A DNA stretch of 64,000 nt, taken from an uncultured Solirubrobacterales bacterium (GTDB lineage: Bacteria > Actinomycetota > Thermoleophilia > Solirubrobacterales > Thermoleophilaceae). Each line of letters opens with the position of its first letter. Within the stretch, counting starts at the first letter, position 1. A program made the position numbers and the translations under genes. The stretch is from NCBI GenBank assembly GCA_963697505.1, contig CAVOOF010000002.1:514482-578481 (forward strand), given 5' to 3'. Of the stretch, positions 59,191 to 64,000 are shown piece after piece. The notes beneath the pieces are model-generated. The model was given only the letters and a program-made list of their open reading frames with translations, did no database searches and had not been told where the DNA came from.

Positions 59191-61668
59191 CTAGCGGCGC
59201 TTGCGCGGCTTCGGCTTGGGGCCGAGCGTGACGGCGACCTTCGCACCCGCCGTCAGCTCGGCCCCCGCCTTCGGGCGCGACGACTTGACGATCAACGCGC
59301 GCTGCTTGCGCTGTCCCTTGCGCAGCTTCGGCTTGGTGACCTTGCCGAGCCTGCAGTTCGCCCGCTTCAGCGTCTCGATCGCCCTCGGAAGCGACAGCTT
59401 CGCGAGCCTTGGCACGCGGCACGGCGTGGACGCTGGCCGCGGCAGGACCGGCCCAGCGCCCAGGATCGGCCCCGTGTCCAGGATCGGCCCGTCGCCTGAC
59501 GGCACAGGGACGTCGCCGGGCGGCGTCGGGGCCGGAGGGGCAGTGTCGCCCGGGTCGACCACGTCCGGCGGGGTCACCTCGCTGTAGGAGACGGGCGCCG
59601 AGCAGCTCGACTCGTTGTCGGCGGTGTCGGTCGCCGTCGCCGTGAAGGCCGTCGTCGAGTTGTCCGCGACGGTGACGGAGATCCCCGGCGCGGCGAGCGC
59701 CGCCGCGCTGGCGGTCGCGACCGGCGCTCCGGCACAGCCGCCGTTCGCGTAGAGCGCGACGCGCGAGCGCTCCTCCGCCGTCCCGGTGAGCCGAGGCTGG
59801 TTGTCGTCCGCGGGCCCGGACGGGGCGACCGCGAGCGTCGGGGCGGCCGGTGGGTCGGAGTCGAAGATGTCCATCGCCCTGGAGACGTCGAGCCGCCCGC
59901 CGGAGACCGTCTTGCCGGCGAGGGCGACCAGTGGGTCGACCGAGTCGAGCAGCGCGTCGCGGACCTCAGTGACGGTCGCCTCGGGCCGCTGCGAGAACAG
60001 CAGCGCCGCCGCGCCCGTGACGTGCGGCGCGGCCATCGAGGTGCCCTGCTTGAACCCGACCGTCGCCGCCTCGGAGTCGGGCGGGTCGAAGCACCTGAGG
60101 CGCAAGTCGTCGACCCAGACGGCGTTGCCGACGACCGGGTCTGGGCCCGAGCTGTGGGTCTGGCGGATCTGCACGCCGCCGCCGGCGCTCAGCCCTGTGA
60201 TCGGGCCGCTGAAGGTCTCCCCGGACTCACCTTCGGGGTCGGACTGGAAGACCACCTCGCCGTCGAGCAGGATCGCGTAGGTGTAGGCGCCGCCGTCCGC
60301 CGCGACGCCCAGGCGCGTCTGGCGATAGTTGCACGCGCCGAAGCCGGGCGGAAGCGTCACCGCGGCGGACGTCGACTGGACGACCGCGTTCGGGCTGTCG
60401 ACCTTGCCGTATGACGTCAGCCGCCCGTCGCCGGTCCGCGCGAAGCCGCCGGCGGGGCCGGTCGCCGTCCATCTGGCGTCGAAGCCCTGGGCCTCGAAGG
60501 TCTCGCGGTAGACGTCGCGCGCCACGTCGGAGCTGAGCGTCTCGGTTCCCGGCGCGCCGAGGTCGACCGAGACGGCGCCGTAGTCGGAGAAGCCGGCGAG
60601 GCGGTCGGCCTGGTCGGTCGCCGCGACGCAGACGATGTTGTCGACCGGCGACGGCGGATCGGCGTCCTGCGTCGGCCGGTAGGCGCAGGGATAGGAGGGC
60701 CCGACCTGGTGACTCGTCGCGTTGTTGCCCGCCGACACCACGAACAGAGTCTGCGGGTTGGCTGCGATCGCGTTGACCGCCGCCTGGCTGAACGTCGCGC
60801 CGCCGAGCGACATGTTGGCCGCGCGAGCGCCGTTGGCGCCCGCGTAGTTGATCGCCTCGATCTGGGAGGAGTGCGGGCAGCGGGCGGTGCCCGTGGTCGG
60901 CGAGTGGCCGCAGACCCGCAGCGGCATGATCCGCGCGTCCTGCGCGACGCCGGTGACCCCGACGCCGTCGTCGCCCTTCGCGCCGACCGTGCCCGCCACG
61001 TGCACGCCGTGCCCGCCGGAGGCCAGGTTGTCGTCGGTCGGGTCGTCGTCGCTCGCCGGGCTCTCCGAGCTGTCGCCGACGAAGTCGTAGCCGTGGCGAT
61101 CGTCGACGAAGCCGTTGCCGTCGTCGTCGACGCCGTTGCCCGCGATCTCGTCGCCGTTGAGCCAGGCGACCGGGCCGAGGTCGGGGTGGCCGAAGCGGTA
61201 GCCGGTGTCGAGCACCGCGACGACGGTCGACGGTGTGCCGACCGTCCGCAGCCACGCGCCGAGCACGTCGATGTCGGCCCCGGTTCGCGGGCCCGCGAAC
61301 CCGTTCACGCCGACCGCTCCGCCCAGGTTGCGCAGGCCCCAGAGCTGGTCGAACAGCGGGTCGTTCGGCACGGCCTGGGGCTCGGACCAGCCCTCGGGCT
61401 CGGCGACGAGCACCGCCGGGTCTGCCTCCAGCGCGGCGATCGCGCCGCCGACCGACTGCCCGGGACCGACCTCGACGGTCTGGAAGTCGCGGTCGCCGAG
61501 CGTGCGCTCGAAGCTGACGTCGGCGTCGGCGCGGGCCTCGACGCGATCGCCGCGGTCGACGCCGGGAGCCCACTGGACGATGACCCGGTCCTCGATGTCC
61601 GCATGCGCGCCGGGCGCGGCGACCAGCAGGCCGAGAACGAGGGTTACTACACCTGCCACAGTGCGCAT
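59191..61668 (-). CDS. secreted subtilisin-like S8 serine peptidase (paralog 2) with internal inserted domain, Ig-like domain and PASTA-like basic C-terminus
   Basis: ORF 59191..62073 trimmed to ATG 61668 (MRTVAGVVTLVLGLLVAAPGAHA signal peptide), because the upstream 135 codons overlap atpC off-frame. Catalytic motifs VAVLDTGY, HGVHVAGTVGA, VSAGNN, GTSMAAPHVTG. 825 aa with no frame break. Confidence 0.85.
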   Translation of the reverse strand: MRTVAGVVTLVLGLLVAAPGAHADIEDRVIVQWAPGVDRGDRVEARADADVSFERTLGDRDFQTVEVGPGQSVGGAIAALEADPAVLVAEPEGWSEPQAVPNDPLFDQLWGLRNLGGAVGVNGFAGPRTGADIDVLGAWLRTVGTPSTVVAVLDTGYRFGHPDLGPVAWLNGDEIAGNGVDDDGNGFVDDRHGYDFVGDSSESPASDDDPTDDNLASGGHGVHVAGTVGAKGDDGVGVTGVAQDARIMPLRVCGHSPTTGTARCPHSSQIEAINYAGANGARAANMSLGGATFSQAAVNAIAANPQTLFVVSAGNNATSHQVGPSYPCAYRPTQDADPPSPVDNIVCVAATDQADRLAGFSDYGAVSVDLGAPGTETLSSDVARDVYRETFEAQGFDARWTATGPAGGFARTGDGRLTSYGKVDSPNAVVQSTSAAVTLPPGFGACNYRQTRLGVAADGGAYTYAILLDGEVVFQSDPEGESGETFSGPITGLSAGGGVQIRQTHSSGPDPVVGNAVWVDDLRLRCFDPPDSEAATVGFKQGTSMAAPHVTGAAALLFSQRPEATVTEVRDALLDSVDPLVALAGKTVSGGRLDVSRAMDIFDSDPPAAPTLAVAPSGPADDNQPRLTGTAEERSRVALYANGGCAGAPVATASAAALAAPGISVTVADNSTTAFTATATDTADNESSCSAPVSYSEVTPPDVVDPGDTAPPAPTPPGDVPVPSGDGPILDTGPILGAGPVLPRPASTPCRVPRLAKLSLPRAIETLKRANCRLGKVTKPKLRKGQRKQRALIVKSSRPKAGAELTAGAKVAVTLGPKPKPRKRR

Positions 61669-61697
61669 CGCTGCGCCAACCGTACTACGGCGGACGG

Positions 61698-62123
61698 CTA
61701 GTCCGCTACGGCCAGGAAGGCCTGGCAGCGGGCGATCTCGCGCTTCAGACGGCTCTCCTCCTCGCTGCCGTCCTCGGCAGCGGGGAGGCCGTCCTGGGCC
61801 TCCTTGAGACGCGCCTCGAGCGCGGAGCGGTCGAGCTCCTCGGGCTTGACCGCGTCCTCGACGATCAACAGCGCCGAGTTGTCGACCACCTGCAGGTAGC
61901 CCTCGCCCTGGGCGAAGCGGATCGGGTTGCCGCCCGGCGCCTGCTCGGAGTCGCTCTCGTAGAGCCTCAGCTCGGTCGGCTCCAGCATCGCCATCAGCGG
62001 CGCGTGGTTGGCCAGGATGCCGACCGATCCGAGCGAGGTGCGAGTCGAGATCATCTCGACCTCGCCCTCCCATGCCTTGCCCTCGGGTGTGAGGACCTCG
62101 ACTGGGAACGTGGTGCGAGCCAT
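61698..62123 (-). CDS. atpC: F0F1 ATP synthase subunit epsilon
   Basis: Intact 141-aa ORF directly downstream (8 nt) of atpD: ..FPVEVLTPEGKAWEGEVEMISTRTSLGSVGILANHAPLMAML... Confidence 0.9.
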   Translation of the reverse strand: MARTTFPVEVLTPEGKAWEGEVEMISTRTSLGSVGILANHAPLMAMLEPTELRLYESDSEQAPGGNPIRFAQGEGYLQVVDNSALLIVEDAVKPEELDRSALEARLKEAQDGLPAAEDGSEEESRLKREIARCQAFLAVAD

Positions 62124-62131
62124 GTGCGCCT

Positions 62132-64000
<1,869 letters not shown>

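Noticed and set aside
59440-59500. Short periodic repeats considered as CRISPR or VNTR: CAGGATCGGCCC copies at about 59440-59500, the G-rich run at 33120-33160, and the tandem 8-mer TCTAAGTC x2 at 63594-63609.
   Set aside because: The first two lie inside coding sequence and simply encode GPIL and poly-Pro linkers. The 8-mer duplication in the atpG-atpD spacer has only two copies. None has spacer/repeat architecture.
59191-62073. The 960-aa form of the subtilase ORF, and the 382-aa ORF 48182..49330 and 832-aa ORF 56455..58953.
   Set aside because: The N-terminal extensions are Arg/Gly-rich and overlap atpC, TetR or the APC permease off-frame. Good internal starts with signal peptide or start/stop coupling exist (61668, 48394, 56871).

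Overview
High-GC (>70% by eye) chromosomal segment with an Actinomycetota-like gene set (mIHF, Mce/YrbE, MMPL, HemQ, FprA, Holin-X/DUF3618). I can support about 57 protein-coding loci. I found no rRNA, tRNA, CRISPR array, transposase or integrase. Layout: (1-3282) an AlkA-like gene fragment, a small membrane protein, and a GNAT acyltransferase head-to-head with an alpha-oxoamine synthase. (3459-3812) mIHF. (3834-20303, all minus strand, gaps <=100 nt) a 16.5-kb block: yrbEA, yrbEB, mkl, six mce genes, MMPL, a thioredoxin-fold protein, a B3/4 protein and two hypotheticals. (20439-23835) a lipoprotein, a Cys-rich small protein, and an SGNH hydrolase plus MBOAT. (23992-28175) amtB, glnK and glnN (type III GS). 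(28285-31873) metH, followed by vapBC. Two paralogous S8 subtilases lie at 32759-35024 and 59191-61668. The rest comprises a GT4/flippase-like fusion, hemQ, fprA, ppx, a BolA-Grx / IscA Fe-S module, an ABC1 kinase, a second AlkA-like glycosylase, DegV, an AI-2E permease, four translationally coupled small membrane proteins behind TetR + nitrilase, a P450, DUF2804, a GT, an EEP hydrolase, an AidB-like ACAD, USP + APC permease, a sigma-70 factor and the 3' end of the atp operon (atpG', atpD, atpC). The most striking sequence-level property is that about 20 genes are interrupted by more than 50 single-base frame breaks. The breaks occur in blocks (8.9-16.3 kb, 22.4-28.0 kb, 34.4-39.4 kb, plus isolated ones), while 1-8.9 kb, 16.4-22.4 kb and 53.6-64 kb are clean. 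Conserved motifs on both sides of each break are intact, so I label these loci 'frameshifted: pseudogene or consensus indel error' and give the reconstructed full-length span. No obviously new multi-gene system (defence, secretion, mobile) is visible. The candidates worth follow-up are listed under findings.
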